In this document: positions 11,923-24,356 of the stretch, one piece after another
How the letters are laid out: the number at the start of each line of letters is the position of its first letter
Position numbering within the stretch: position 1 is the stretch's first letter
Assembly: GCA_032718475.1 (NCBI GenBank)
Contig: JAUCBJ010003180.1
Coordinates: 1 to 43,728 of the forward strand
Length of the DNA: 43,728 nt
Direction: 5' to 3'
Source: Nemertoderma westbladi
Taxonomy: Eukaryota; Animalia; Xenacoelomorpha
Notes under the pieces: model-generated
Told to the model about the DNA's origin: nothing
Database searches by the model: none
Seen by the model: the letters and a program-made list of their open reading frames with translations, nothing else
Program-made: the position numbers and the translations under genes

Positions 11923-12993
11923 TTATTAGGAGCCCGCTTGACAGCGGGATACTTACTGTAAGAATCTCAGGGATACTTTCTGTAAAAATCTCAGGATACA
12001 TTACACTGACTGACATACTGACTGACATACTGACTGATAATTATCTAGGTTAAGGCACTTCCTGGCTGGCGATTTTGATGAAATTTTGCAAGTACATTGC
12101 TTTGGTGGTTCATAATCGCGTTACAAAATTTCAGATCGATTCTATGTATGGTATTCGATATATTTAGTTTTTTGACATTGTTTTGTCGCGAAATTAAAAG
12201 CAATGGTAAAATAACAGCTGGTGTTCATGATGAAATATGGCTTAATATGTTATACACAGTCATAGAAAAACGTGTTGGTTGCCAAGTTTTACTAGTGGGC
12301 TATAAGGAAAGGCAATGTTTACTCACACATAAGCTGTTGGTTTCTAATGTATTACCCCATAAGCTGATTGCTCTCCCAGTGCTTCCTAAGGGTATATCTA
12401 CAATAAGGTTACTCACTCTGCTATGTTAGGGGGTGGATCAGGAGAATGAATTTTAGTTACACAAAGCAGTGTGTTGTGTCCTATTGCAGTCGATACTCAC
12501 TGTGGATTGCAAAATGTTTTATAGTTGACCTACACTATAATACAGTAGTTGCATGCATTTAAGGAGCCCGCTCTGGCCTACCGCCTAAGGAGTACCTATA
12601 TTACATATTCACATAGAATTCACTGGGAAGAGAGATTCCGCTTGACGACGGGGTAATACCTATAGAAGGAAACTAAATTTGTTATTTGGCTCTATTCGTT
12701 GTTATTTATCTGGTTGTGCATCATGGGCATTTTTTATAAATATTCGGTAATCGCATCTTATATCTTGTAAACGTTCTTGATAATGAAATTATTTGCTTCA
12801 TATTATATTTTTGTTAGTGGTAGCTAAGTTGCATTTTTTATTATGTGGGGCGAGCCACAAAGTCAGCTAGCCTCACGCCTTGCAGTTTAGACAATTTTAG
12901 TTTACTTACTGCTGACTGACATAGTTCTTTGTAATAGTCTTGGCTAGGATTTTTCCCCCGGGCTCCTTCCAGCCAGCTTGCTGGCTTTCTAGT
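11923..12993 (+). mobile_element. Non-autonomous Helentron/DINE-1-like element (HINE)
   Basis: The 5' subTIR AGGAGCCCG (11928-11936) overlaps the hairpin CCCGCT-TGAC-AGCGGG, and a (CTGA)-type microsatellite lies at about 12006-12037. The 3' subTIR CGGGCTCCT (12959-12967) is followed by the hairpin AGCCAGC-TT-GCTGGCT and a CTAG-TT end. It is inserted in a T-rich site between transposase ...DVLSRL and FVIHIY... Confidence 0.8.
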
Positions 12994-13372
12994 TTTGTGA
13001 TACATATATATGCCCTTTCCTGGTTTAATATAAAGCGTAATTGGGAGATACAATACGGGGCTTTACACTTCCTCCATATGTTGATTTTGTGTGACAAGTT
13101 ACTCCTCGATAATGAAAAGACCATTATATTTCCAGTTCTCCGTCAAGGGGCATATTATGCTCACAGCGAAAATGTATTATTATCTTTGTTGTCATCTGAA
13201 GATAAGGACACTCTATTTCAGGCGTTTGATATAATACGTGACATTAGAATATCGAAGTTGATAACTAGTGAGCCAATCATTAGAGTGTTCCGTACCCCTC
13301 ACATATCATGTACCGAGATTACATTATTAGAGCTACTTGAAACTAACGAAGAGAAACATTAAGCCCCTTTAA

Positions 13373-14517
13373 GGGGGGGGGGGGGGGGTAGCGCATTTTC
13401 TGACCAAAAAGTCGAATTTTTGAAACATATCCTATCTGATGCGGAATTTCATGCTGAATCCAAATATGGAAACCGTTTTCCCATATCTTGCTTAGTTTTC
13501 GATATATATGGGATAGAAGATACTGGCTCCAATATATTGCGATATCGGTAAGGCAATGAAGTTTGGGGTTTGCATTCAATTTCTGCAAATTTCTGTGCTC
13601 AGTGGTGCTAATTGGATGTCTCCACGAGAAAGAGCACAAAATTTGAATAGAAGGTATTTTTTTATGATTATTGGACCTACTGAACAGTTTATAAGACAAC
13701 TTCAAGTCTACGGAATGAAGACGGGACTCGAATAAGCGACTCCACGGTCTTTGCGGGATTACACGGAATAGACTTATCGGTCATCAGAGATCTTCAAAAT
13801 GTATAATCTTCAGTTCTAGTGGTCGTACGGAGTTCGTTTAGGGCTCATTCGAAAGCTCTTTTCTCAGAAACCAAAGTTACCATTTGGTTTGGCAAACTCT
13901 TGAAAGCTGCCTGAGCAATCATAACTTGAACAAAATTTGCAAGGCATATTTTACCCAAATTCATGTTTTGTTGCTTTACAACCATTTTGTCTTAAATCAA
14001 ATGGTAACTTTGTTCTCTAAGAAAAGAGCTTACGAATGAGCCTAAAACGAACTTCGTACGACCACTAGAACTGGAGATTATACATTTTGAAGATCTCCGA
14101 TGACTGATAAGTCTATTCCGTGTAATCCCGCAAAGACTGCAGAGTCGCTTATTCGAGTCCCGTCTTCATTCCGGAGACTTGAAGTTGTCTTATAAACTGA
14201 TCAGTAGGTCCAATAATCATAAAAAAATACTTTCTCAATTAAAATTTTGTGCTCTTTCTCGTGGAGACATCCAATTGGCACCACTGGGCACAGAAATTTG
14301 CAGAAATTGAATACAAACCCCAAATTTCATCGCCTTACCGATATCGCAATATATTGGAGCCAGTATATTCTATCCCAGATATCTCGAAAACTAAGCAATA
14401 TATGGGAAAACGGTTTCCATATTTGGATTCAGCATAAAATTCCGCATCAGATAGGATATGTTTCAAAAATTCGTATTTTTGGTCAGAAAATGCGCTACCC
14501 CCCCCCCCCCCCCCCCC
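13373..14517. mobile_element. Non-autonomous foldback DNA transposon with TTAA TSD (Sola3/Kolobok-like)
   Basis: TTAA lies at 13369-13372 and 14518-14521, with poly-G/poly-C termini. Arms at about 13373-13890 and 13995-14517 are reverse complements around a spacer of about 100 bp. Confidence 0.85.
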
Positions 14518-15301
14518 TTAATAGCTAATAAATCTCTTACTGAGCTACAAATGTTACTGGAGAAAGGTCCTATGAAATGGGAAATTCCATGTCATTCCCA
14601 GAATGTGGAACAATTGGTTCAATGCGTGTCAACTGTATCCAAACGAGTCTGCGGTGTTAAGGAGAGAGATGGCTACATTAGAACTCAATTATCTAGTCGC
14701 CAAACAATGCCAAAATTTAATTCTAAGAAAGATTTTAAGCTAAAGATAAACCTTAATATCCCCAGTAGTACAGATGGTGTTTAGTTTGAGTTAATGGATT
14801 CTGATTTTTCTTATATTATTGTGTTGGTGTTGATTAATAAAGCATCTTGATAGTACTGACCTCGTCCAGACTAATTACAATGTTCACAGACCCAGTTCTA
14901 CTGTTTATTATCACAAATTTTAGGGATAAGTTGGTTAAATATACACAATGACAAACATAATGACATAAATAACGATATTTTTTTGCGTATTCGTGAAAAG
15001 CAACCTACTTTGGTGGCTAGGTGCGGGGGTAGAACATATATGAAATTGTAAAATTATCGTTTCTTACAAATAACTAACTAACCAAGAATGCTATAAAATA
15101 TGGGAAAGTTGAAATATAAAAGGAAAAAAATTTCATAAAAAATTTAATTTTTGAAAAAACGTTTGAAACAAAGTTTGCTTGTGCGGGGGTCAAATGTAAA
15201 AATAAAATGTTTTCATTTGTTTTGAAGTTATTTTTAATGAATTTGGCATCCCATTTACGATAGGAAAATTTAATTATCGAAAATTTTTTTGACACACCCT
15301 A

Positions 15302-16985
15302 CTCTACGTCCCACTCATCCTTCAGTTTGTATACTTTCTTAAGTATCTGTCTTCCCGTGACTAGTAGTGGGGATGCTAGGCCTAGGGGATTGTATATCCT
15401 TGCTATGTACGACACATAGCCCCTCTTTGTGTGGATGTCTGCGCCCTCCTGGCTCAACTGGTACTTCAGTTCATCCGTCTCTCTGTTCCATACGATTCCC
15501 AGCGCCTTTTGTTGGGACTCTATTCTCTTGTTCGCCATGTCCTGCCCCTTTGCTGTTGTGGGATTATCCATGGTCGATCCTGGTCTCTCATCTTTTATCG
15601 CCTCGATAAATTCCTTCGAACTGGATTGGAATTTGGTTAGGTTGAAGCCGGATCCTTTAAGGATGTCGTGAACCTCGCACCCTGTGTCCAGTAGCTCCTT
15701 AACCGTATTTCCAGACTCCATCCCGTCGTCTACGTAGAAGCCGCGTCGAATCATATTGACGGCTCTAACACTGTATTTATCTTTCTTTCCCTTTACTGTG
15801 TCTCTTACGGCCGTAGTCGTCGTAAATGAAGACGACTTGGCTCCCATATTCTGTACTATCATCTTGTACATCAGTATTGTCGACGGGTCCACGTCGCCGT
15901 TGTACCATAGGAAGCGTTGACTGTCGCTATCCTCTTCCGTCACACGGACTTGGTTGAACATGCCTTCTATGTCGCAGGTGAAGGCGTGTTTCCCGTTTCT
16001 AAATCTAAGTAGGACCTTCTAGCAGATAGTCATTTAGGCATTTTCCATTGGTCTTTGCCGACGCATCCACTACCATCCGCAGTTTACCTTTCTTCGGATC
16101 TAAAGCCACGTGGAGTGGCAGGTAATATGTCCTGTCCGTGTTCGGTTCGTCGACCGGTAACTCCACGGCCCATCCTTTCTCGACGTACTTTCTGATTGTC
16201 TTGTGGATGTACTCATTCTTTTCGGGGCTCCGTTTTAACGTCTGTTTCAACTTACGAAGCCTCGTGAGCACCATCCCTTTATTATCGGGCAGTGGTAGGT
16301 TTGGTAGCTTCCATTCCATTCCTATGGTATACCGCCCCTCTTCGCATCTCATAGACTCCTCTACGCTCTGCTGGGCCTGCTTGTCTTCTACCGAGGACCC
16401 GACCCCGGTTTCCTTTAGCCCCTCAAAATCTTGCCTGAGCAGTCTCTTGAGCTGTTCCTCCGCTCTCTCATCCTCTATTTCTTGCATAGTTCCCGCAAAC
16501 ATGCATCCCGATGTCTCCGACATCCTAAATGGTATCTTACTCTTAATTGGGCCGCTCAGTGTCCACCCGAACGGTGTCAAAATAGCCACCGGGTCACACT
16601 GCCTGTCTTCGCCGAAGACCGTTTGCATTCTCTCGTGGGCAATCCATTCCTACTATGATGGATACCTTCCTAACGTCCACCTCTGGGATTGAGAAGTCGA
16701 TATCATCCAGGTATTTATATTGTTCGACCTCGATGTTGGTTGGCCGCCTGGCATTGATATTTATTGACTCTATCACTTGGATGGGGTCGATGGTCGCCCC
16801 GTAGTCGCATCCTGGTGCCACCGCTGCAATCGCGCACCGTCCGGTCCTCATCTCCAGGACCTCATCTTTGCTAGAGATTGATGTTACCGCCATTCTACTT
16901 GGCCTCGTTCTCAATCCTATATCTTCGGCCACCCAATCCTCGACTAATGTGAAGGCAGCTCCACTGTCGACCAGCATCAGTGTGG
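15302..16985 (-). mobile_element. BEL/Pao LTR retrotransposon A, 5' part of pol (protease and RT)
   Basis: Protease LVDSGA, then AILTPFGWTLSGP, YYLPLH...KLRMVVDAS...LNDYLLEGP, DIEGMFNQV and FYVDD. It is contiguous with 7097-9372 once the hAT element is removed. Confidence 0.9.
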
Positions 16986-18340
16986 TCACAAAATATGAAC
17001 GGGAGATTATAAAGTTCTCGATGGCTGGTAGAGAATCTTCCCATTTCATCCACTTCTTTAATAATTCTCCCTTAAGTGGATCGTCCCATGAGTGGTTTTC
17101 AAGCCACATTTGTTGTACTAAACTCCGAGCAATCAATATAACTGGGCTAATAAATCCCAATGGATCGAAATAAGTGCTCAGTATACTTAAACAAATCCGC
17201 TTAGTCCGAACTGGATTATCTCGTTGTTTTAGTTGGAAAAACAGGATATCTCTTTCTGTGTCCCATTTCAAACCAAGGGTCTTAGTTTCTGGGAGATCAT
17301 CTTTTATTAGATCAAGATCTTTCGCTCCTCGATCTTCTACCGGGATCGACTCCAGAAACTCACGGGAGTTGCTGGTGAATTTAGTTAATCGAAATCCACC
17401 TCTTGTTAAGCACTCTACCGTTCCTTTAGCAATGTTAATGGCTTCTTCGACTGATGGAAGGGACTTTAGATTGTCGTCCATGTATATATCCCTCTTGATG
17501 TTGTCAATCACCTCTTTAGAGAAGGCGTCTCGGTTGTCATCCGCAGTGGTGCGCACCACGGAACAGGCGTTTGAAGGGCTCGAGATTATCCCAAAAGCCT
17601 GGATGGTCATCCAGTACTCCACCGGTTTCTGGTTGAGTTCTCCTTCAGGCCACCACAGAAATCGTAGGCTTTCTCGATCTCTATCCAGCGCCTTGACTTG
17701 TAAGAACATGCCTTCTATATCTGAGGCGAAAGCAATTGAATATTGTCTTAATCTTAAAAGTATTCCCAACAAGGATTGGAGTAAGTTGGGTCCGGGTAAC
17801 AATTCAGAATTAAGGGATTGGCCCACATAGAGGGCGGAGCCGTCAAACACCACTCGTACTTCATGGGGTTTACCGGGTTTGGGAACATAATGGTAAGTTA
17901 AATAATACGCTCTCTCAGTTATAGGTGTTTCTTCCGGTACTAGCTCCGCATATCCCTTGCTAATAAACTTCTTCAACTGCGTTTGATACATTTCTTTAGC
18001 TGAAGAATTTGCCGTAAGGCGTCGATGTAGTTGAGCAATTCTTTTCTCCGCCAAGGGTCTGTTGTTTACGAACTTTGGTTCTCGCTTTCGGAAAGGTAGA
18101 CCGATCTCATATCTACCTTGATCTTTAAGAAAACGTGTAGTTGTCTCTTGGATTTGCTTGGCTCTATCTTCCTCTACCGATAGGGCCTTATCGTAGGAAT
18201 TGGGCTCTACAGCCTCTTGAGTAAAGAATCGTACGGCGTGTTCGTCCCGAGTCTTGGCATTATAACGTTCAATGACTGGGTATATATATGTCATAATTAG
18301 TAATTGATTTTGGTTTGTAAATGTGCGGCAATGCAGTTGT
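16986..18340 (-). mobile_element. Fragment of a second, distinct BEL/Pao family (RT domain)
   Basis: RYEIGLPF...VRVVFDGSA...SLNSELLPGPNL...DIEGMFLQV...IYMDD...FDPLGFISP...ISRSYF. It is clearly different in sequence from the RT at 15302-16300. Confidence 0.85.
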
Positions 18341-18466
18341 TCCCCGAAAATTATCCGAAAAGAACCATAGAGTGTTAGGTTGCCCTTCTTGGGAACTGGC
18401 ACCAACTTATTTGTTTTCATTTCTTGTGGGACTCTTGTTGTTCAGTACATTTCTACTATGATGGGA

Positions 18467-18776
18467 CGCTATATAGCGAATGTGTGAACTGGGTGCGACG
18501 GCAACTGAGTTTCGCCTTGCTGAGGGCCTCGCTCATGTGCGTCTGTGGCTCTAGGTCTGCCCGTAAACGCCCAGCAGGCATATATCAGGACATCGCTCAA
18601 GCCTCCATCCGGTTGGCAAATGCCGATACAAGAATAAACTAATTTTGAAATACATTGTACAGTAGCGTGGTGGTGGGTGAGGTTTTTCTTATTTTTTATA
18701 ACTTTTATGCGTCTTTTTATATATTTGTCAAGTTTGTCATTAAAAATAAAAAAAGCACTAAGCAGCCTAAAAAAAA
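18467..18776 (+). mobile_element. 5'-truncated CRE-like (REL-endonuclease) non-LTR retrotransposon
   Basis: C-terminal motif YSECVNWVRRQLSFALLRASLMCVCGSR and an A-rich tail. A 12-bp TSD ACTATGATGGGA lies at 18455-18466 and 18777-18788. The clade call is from motif memory. Confidence 0.7.
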
Positions 18777-19097
18777 ACTATGATGGGATAGATGAGCTTT
18801 AAACACTCAGGTATTTTAAAGGCCTCAGGGGGAACACCATCTACTCCACTGGCACGATTGGTCTTAATGCTCTTTGCAGCAGCCTTCACTTCTGCAATGG
18901 AGATATCGCCAATGGGAATATCTGGGAGTACAGACTCAGACACTTTTACTTCTATAAAGTTATTAGGCAATACCCTGTCATTGTTGAGGAGCTTTTCAAA
19001 GTGGGCCTTCCAACTGATCGGATGGTGATTCAGCCTTAACCTTGGTGGTTGGTTGGCTTTTCCAGTAAGCAAGTTGATCGATTTCCATGCCTGGGAT

Positions 19098-19724
19098 ACT
19101 ACTACTACTACTAGGATCGGCATGCTGCATTGCAGCTGCATTTTTAAGAATGCTGTGCCGGCTTGTCAACAAAATTGCACTGCCACAACTCCCTATCACC
19201 CATGACATTTGCTAGATCATCCGCATCTTCAAGGCCAGTGTCCTTTAAGATGCGTCTCAAGAAAGTCATGGGCTGCCCACCATGCTTATTCACTCCATGA
19301 GGCTGCCAAAGTACAAAATTATGCACTGGCTGGTCCTCACAGCGAAAGAAATGTCCTGCAAAGCGGAGGCGATTTTGTTCTAGTGTCAAGCTTGGGGGAA
19401 CCAATGAGACACCTCCAATGTTATATAGTGTCTGGTTGGAGATGTGTGCATTCTACTTGACACAATGAACCCGGTGTGGCATTCTTGTGTAGGTGCCATC
19501 CAGAGATTTGGGGTCCTCAGCAGTTAGAGCCCAGCATGGACTCCCGTAGAGGAGTACTGGAACTACTGCTGCTCTAAATAATCGGACCTTAAGTTTCCGA
19601 TTAATTATTGGTGACTTCCAAATCCTGGAAAGTCTATTCAAGGCTGCCCATGCCTTTCCCTTACGTATTCGAAGGTCCTCACCTGACTTCCGGATCCATG
19701 ATCCCAGGTAACAGAAGTCGTCCA
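19098..19724 (-). mobile_element. 5'-truncated RTE copy with (TAG)n tail
   Basis: VDDFCYLGSWI...KAWAAL...VLLYGS...RLRFAGH C-terminus with a (TAG)n tail at about 19098-19113. A 12-bp TSD CATGCCTGGGAT lies at 19086-19097 and 19725-19736. Confidence 0.85.
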
Positions 19725-22314
19725 CATGCCTGGGATGATTGCCTGCTGTCGTCAGCATCATTGATGGCATCAACCTGTTGGTTTATTAGCTCCTGTAGAT
19801 TATCAGAGTACTGCCTGTTCAGGGACCTAGATGCAGCCTTAACTGCATTCTTGGCCATGTAGTCTGTTTGAGTGGGGACTCTTTCTGTGCCTTAGAGGTA
19901 CTTTCGGCACTTCTGAATTTTGTTGTCAGTCCAGGGGGCCCTTTTCCTGTTTCGAGGGTATACAGGAACTGTTTCAGCAGCTACTAACTAAACTGCTTCT
20001 GTGAAGGCAGTAGCCCTCACAGTGATCTGCCGCCTCAGAGGCAAGAACCTCATACATGATGCTCAGCTGTAGTGTGAAGCTGGATCTCACACTTGGCTGT
20101 TGCAACAGAGAGGACCAGTCATGCCGCAGCAAGGCGGATTTCGTTGTTCTGCTAGCATGCAGACTAAGTCTTACCTTGGCCACAATAAGGCAGTGATCAC
20201 TAGAGAAGGGTCGAAGTGTAAATGCATTACAGTCTTGTATAGAGCTCCTGTATTTCCTACGAAACAGGATATGGTCTATCTGGGACTTGTTACCACTGGG
20301 TCCACTATGACTATGAGTCCATAGCTTTCCAGTTCGCTTCTTGAACTGGGTTCCAGCCGAAATCAATCCATTTCCAGAGATAAAAAAAATCCTGAAGATG
20401 GATGGAATTTCGGTTAACACTATTGCTATTGACCCAGGGCAATTTAGGTGATTGATGCAGACTTCATTAAAGTCTCCCAGGAATGTTAAGAATGCATGTT
20501 GATCCACTCCATCAGTAGCTGCTTGTAGATTGTGGTAGAAATTGTCCACCCCCTCTACAGTGGAAACTCTAGTTGGAGAGTAGCACACAATCAGAACCAC
20601 CTTAGGAAACTTCTTAGCCAGTCTTCCAGAACATGAGAAGTGTCAACGGATGATGCGGTTACATATTTGGTCTATTTTCTCCAATGCTGCATGTGCAGTT
20701 GGATTAATCAATAGACCAATTAATTCCATCCTTGCCACTATCATCTGCTGTGTTCGGTTGATTGGTGGATCCGTAGGTAGTATATGTGAAGGAGGGTGTA
20801 GGGATGGGTGTAACGATGTGTTGGAAAAACTATTTTTGTTCCCCCTGTTAATCTCCCTGTTATACAATTTTCGACACAGCCGGGAATACGCAGTTTTCGG
20901 CGTAGCATTCTTGTGAATGTGCCATCCAGAGATTTGGTGTCCTCAGCAGTTAGAGCCCAGCATGGACTCCCGTAGAGGAGTACTGGAACTACTGCTGCTC
21001 TAAATAATCGGACCTTAAGTTTCCGATTAATTATCGGTGACTTCCAAATCCTGGAAAGTCTATTCAAGGCTGCCCATGCCTTTCCCTTACGTATTCGGAG
21101 GTCCTCACCTGACTTCCGGATCCATGATCCCAGGTAACAGAAGTCGTCCACATGCCTGGGATGATTGCTTGCTGTCGTCAGCATCATTAATGGCATCAAC
21201 CTGTTGGTTTATTAGCTCCTGTAGATTATCAGAGTACTGCCTGTTCAGGGACCTAGATGCAGCCTTAACTGCATTCTTGGCCACTGTAGTCTGTTTGAGT
21301 CGGGACTCTTTCTGTGCCTTAGAGGTCATTTCGGCACTTCTGAATTTAGTTGTCAGTCCAGGGGGCCCTTTTCCTGTTTCGAGGGTATACAGGAACTGTT
21401 TCAGCAGCTACTAACTAAACTGCTTCTGTGAAGGCAGTAGCCCTCACAGTGATCTGCCGCCTCAGAGGCAAGAACCTCATACCTGTTGCTCAGCTGTAGT
21501 GTGAAGCTGGATCTCACACTTGGCTGGTGCAACAGAGAGGACCAGTCATGCCGCGGCAAGGCAGATTTTGTTGTTCTGCTAGCATGCAGACTAAGTCTTA
21601 CCTTGGCCACAATAAGGCAGTGATCACTGGAGAAGGGTCGAAGTGTAAATGCATTACAGTCTTGTATAGAGCTCCTGTATTTCCTATGAAACAGGATATG
21701 GTCTATCTGGGACTTGTTACCACTGGGTCCACTATGAGTCCATAGCTTTCCAGTTCGCTTCTTGAACTGGGTTCCAGCCGAAATCAATCCATTTCCAGAG
21801 ATAAAATCCTGAAGATGGACAGAATTTCGGTTAACACTATTGCTATAGACCCAGGGCGATGTAGGTGATTGATGCAGACTTGCATTAAAGTCTCCCAGGA
21901 ATGTTAAGAATGCATGTTCATCCACTCCATCAGTAGCTGCTTGTAGATTGTGGTAGAAATTGTCCACCCCCTCTACAGTGGCAACACTAGTTGGAGAGTA
22001 GCACACAATCAGAACCACCTTAGGAAACTTCTTAGCCAGTCTTCCAGAACATGAGAAGTGTCAACGGATGATGCGGTTAGAGATTTGGTCTATTTTCTCC
22101 AATGCTGCATGTGCAGTTGGATTAATCAATAGACCAATTAATTCCACCATTGCCACTATCATCTGCTGTGTTCGGTTGATTGGTGGATCCGTAGGTAGTA
22201 TATGTGAAGGAGGGTGTAGGAATGGGTGTGACGATGTGTCGGAAAAACTATTTTTGTTCCCCCTGTTTATCTCCCTGTTATACAATTTTCAACACAGCCG
22301 GGAATTCGCAGTTT
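19480..22314. repeat. Tandem duplication, two units of about 1.42 kb
   Basis: About 19480-20897 matches about 20905-22314 (ORF starts 20600 and 22018, offset 1418). Each unit contains nested RTE pieces plus about 260 bp of unassigned DNA. Confidence 0.9.
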
Positions 22315-24069
22315 TCCTTTTATAACCCATATAGACGTAAACAAGTGTTTCGTGTCGTAGCAACAACAGGTTGCATACGGACCTGCTACACTTTTTGAAA
22401 ATACATTTTGATAATTTGGGAATTATAAATGTTGTCATATATAACGGTTGTCAAAAAACGGTATATCTCCTCAGTAAAGGGACTCACAAAATTGTTGGCA
22501 GCAGTCATCCCACTCCATACCACATCCCAAAAAAAATAGCAGGTGAATGGTCATCAATTATTGTCAAACTTTCACTAATAATTCGATTATGTTTGCATAA
22601 AAAACAGACATTAAGAAAATTTGGTTAGTATAATTATAAGTAGCTCAATGATGGTTCATTCACGTAAAATTCCTGAAGAGATTGATCACTTTAAAATTGC
22701 CATCCCTACCCAGCTGCAATACGCTGGACAACAAGGTAGATGAGATAAATGATATAAAATTGAGATAAATTATTATATAGGAACAAAATGTTCCAGAACT
22801 ATATATGTGTATTTATTTAATAGAATAATTTAATTATCACAACTACATTTAAAAATAAATGTATATAATTGTGTTAATTCTAATCATACCACAAACAGCT
22901 TTCAAATAAAAAAACTATTTAGGTAGAAGAATAACTGCAAATGTAACTTGGGGCAATATAAATATCACATTAAAAATCCTGACACGACCAAATGTATCTC
23001 ATTAAGATTTGTAAAAGAAAATTATAGGGATGAGAGGGTTTCCGAAAGAATTACTTTTCAGTAGCAGTTAGAAACATGAATTAATATAATATAATAGTAA
23101 TAATAATCATAAAATATGTAGTTAATTTCTTCAAACTTACTTCTAAATAAATTGAAGTGATAAAGTTTGTCCTTCTTTATGATGGATGTTGTTATATGGA
23201 ACCTGGCAGGTTCTACCTGCTCCGTAGCTGCATCTATTACAGCAGACTGAGCCCATCCAGATATCACCCAACCACCGCGATATCTTTTCAGTTCGTTACG
23301 GATGTGATTCCGTGCCTCATCATTAGTGACGGATTGATTGTGCCTGAGGCTATAAATAATTATTTATAAACTAAATAACTAAATAATTTGGTACTAGGAT
23401 GTTGTCAAGGATCTGAAGGTGCGAATAAGCAGACTAATGGAAATAATCACGTTACTGTGGCAGGTTATTACAACCAAAACAATTAAATAAGTCAATAGCA
23501 GGGGTTTCAGTTTATATGTATATTAATGACAAAAGATGAAACAAAGCTCTTAATAGCGTGGTAAAAGTCAGCACTTCTACAAAATACCCTATATTTCGGG
23601 CACAAAACTTACAGTGTAATAAAATGCGTTAACTAACATAACATAAGGTACATTATAGGTATCTGTACGCACTGATATGGGATTTGTGTCCAGTTTCTCA
23701 CCCTCTCCATATCTCGACGAGATACTAAAATATATGCCCGAGACCAATCTGATTGTGTGTATATTTACTTTGGAGTTAATGTTAATCTTTATTTGATATA
23801 TATACCAAATCTGTTACTTGAAGTACATCTTTAGAGAAGAATAACATCGGAAATTCAGTGTTCGAAAACATGTGTGGTATAATAATGTTATCCTCCTTAT
23901 TGATTATCATCTTGTCCCATTTAGGTCGAAACGAGACTACCCACTCCTTGTGAACTGTGCGAAAGCATGGGCATGGTTGAACTCTAATCAGCCCTTGCTC
24001 CCTTGCTGGCGCAAACATAATCCATAGAAATCTGTATCAAAAATATATTTATATTTATAATAAAATTTA

Positions 24070-24356
24070 GGTTCCACCTTGGTGTATTGGTTGCATTGAA
24101 TTCATATCTCCCGTAGGTCATGGGTTTGATCCTCACATGGGCCAGGGCAGTTTTCGTTACGGCACGAATGTGTTAAAGGGACCAGCCAGGGCGCATCTCT
24201 GCCTTGTATCCTTAAGTGGTAGCTAAATGAGTTATGGAGTTTCCTCTGGGGAGTAAAGTTCTGGGGGGACCGCACTGGAAATAAGTCGTCAGACTTTGTT
24301 GTAATCCCTGGCCTAGCGGCCAAAGAAAATTTACTTTACTTTACTTTTACTTTTTT
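24070..24356 (+). mobile_element. tRNA-derived SINE
   Basis: Box A-like TGGTGTATTGG (24080-24090), box B-like GGTTTGATCC (24123-24132), a (TTTAC)n tail at about 24330-24350, and a possible TSD AAATTTA (24063-24069 / 24357-24363). Confidence 0.7.

Larger units (their letters stand above)
9888..14784 (+). pseudogene. hATm-like transposase, fragmented by an intron-like gap and two insertions
   Basis: GLYFDGRKD (first D), GCDSTSVNTG (second D, about 11464), CLLHINELPLRHL (CxxH) and PCHSQNVEQ (catalytic E region, about 14590). An AT-rich gap at 10963-11461 is bounded by GTAAGT...TTTTCAG. Confidence 0.85.
9373..15301 (+). mobile_element. hAT-superfamily (hATm-like) DNA transposon inserted in BEL/Pao
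   Basis: Imperfect terminal inverted repeats (TIRs) of about 300 bp start TAGGG(A/T)GTGTCAAAAAA. A perfect 8-bp TSD CTCTACGT lies at 9365-9372 and 15302-15309. Removing the element restores BEL ...DEWDVE|VPEEIRKQW. Confidence 0.92.
18345..20640 (-). mobile_element. RTE-clade LINE fragment (AP endonuclease to RT start) carrying two nested insertions
   Basis: VCYSPT...LGDFN...SQIDHIL...SSDHCLI (endonuclease), then SKQSSQA|WKSINLL...PIIV|...KLVPVPKKGNL once the inserts at 19098-19724 and 18467-18776 are removed. Confidence 0.85.

Noticed and set aside
13343-14528. Paired ORFs with poly-Pro ends (13343-13705 and 14247-14528)
   Set aside because: They are mirror translations of the foldback arms; the prolines come from the C-runs.
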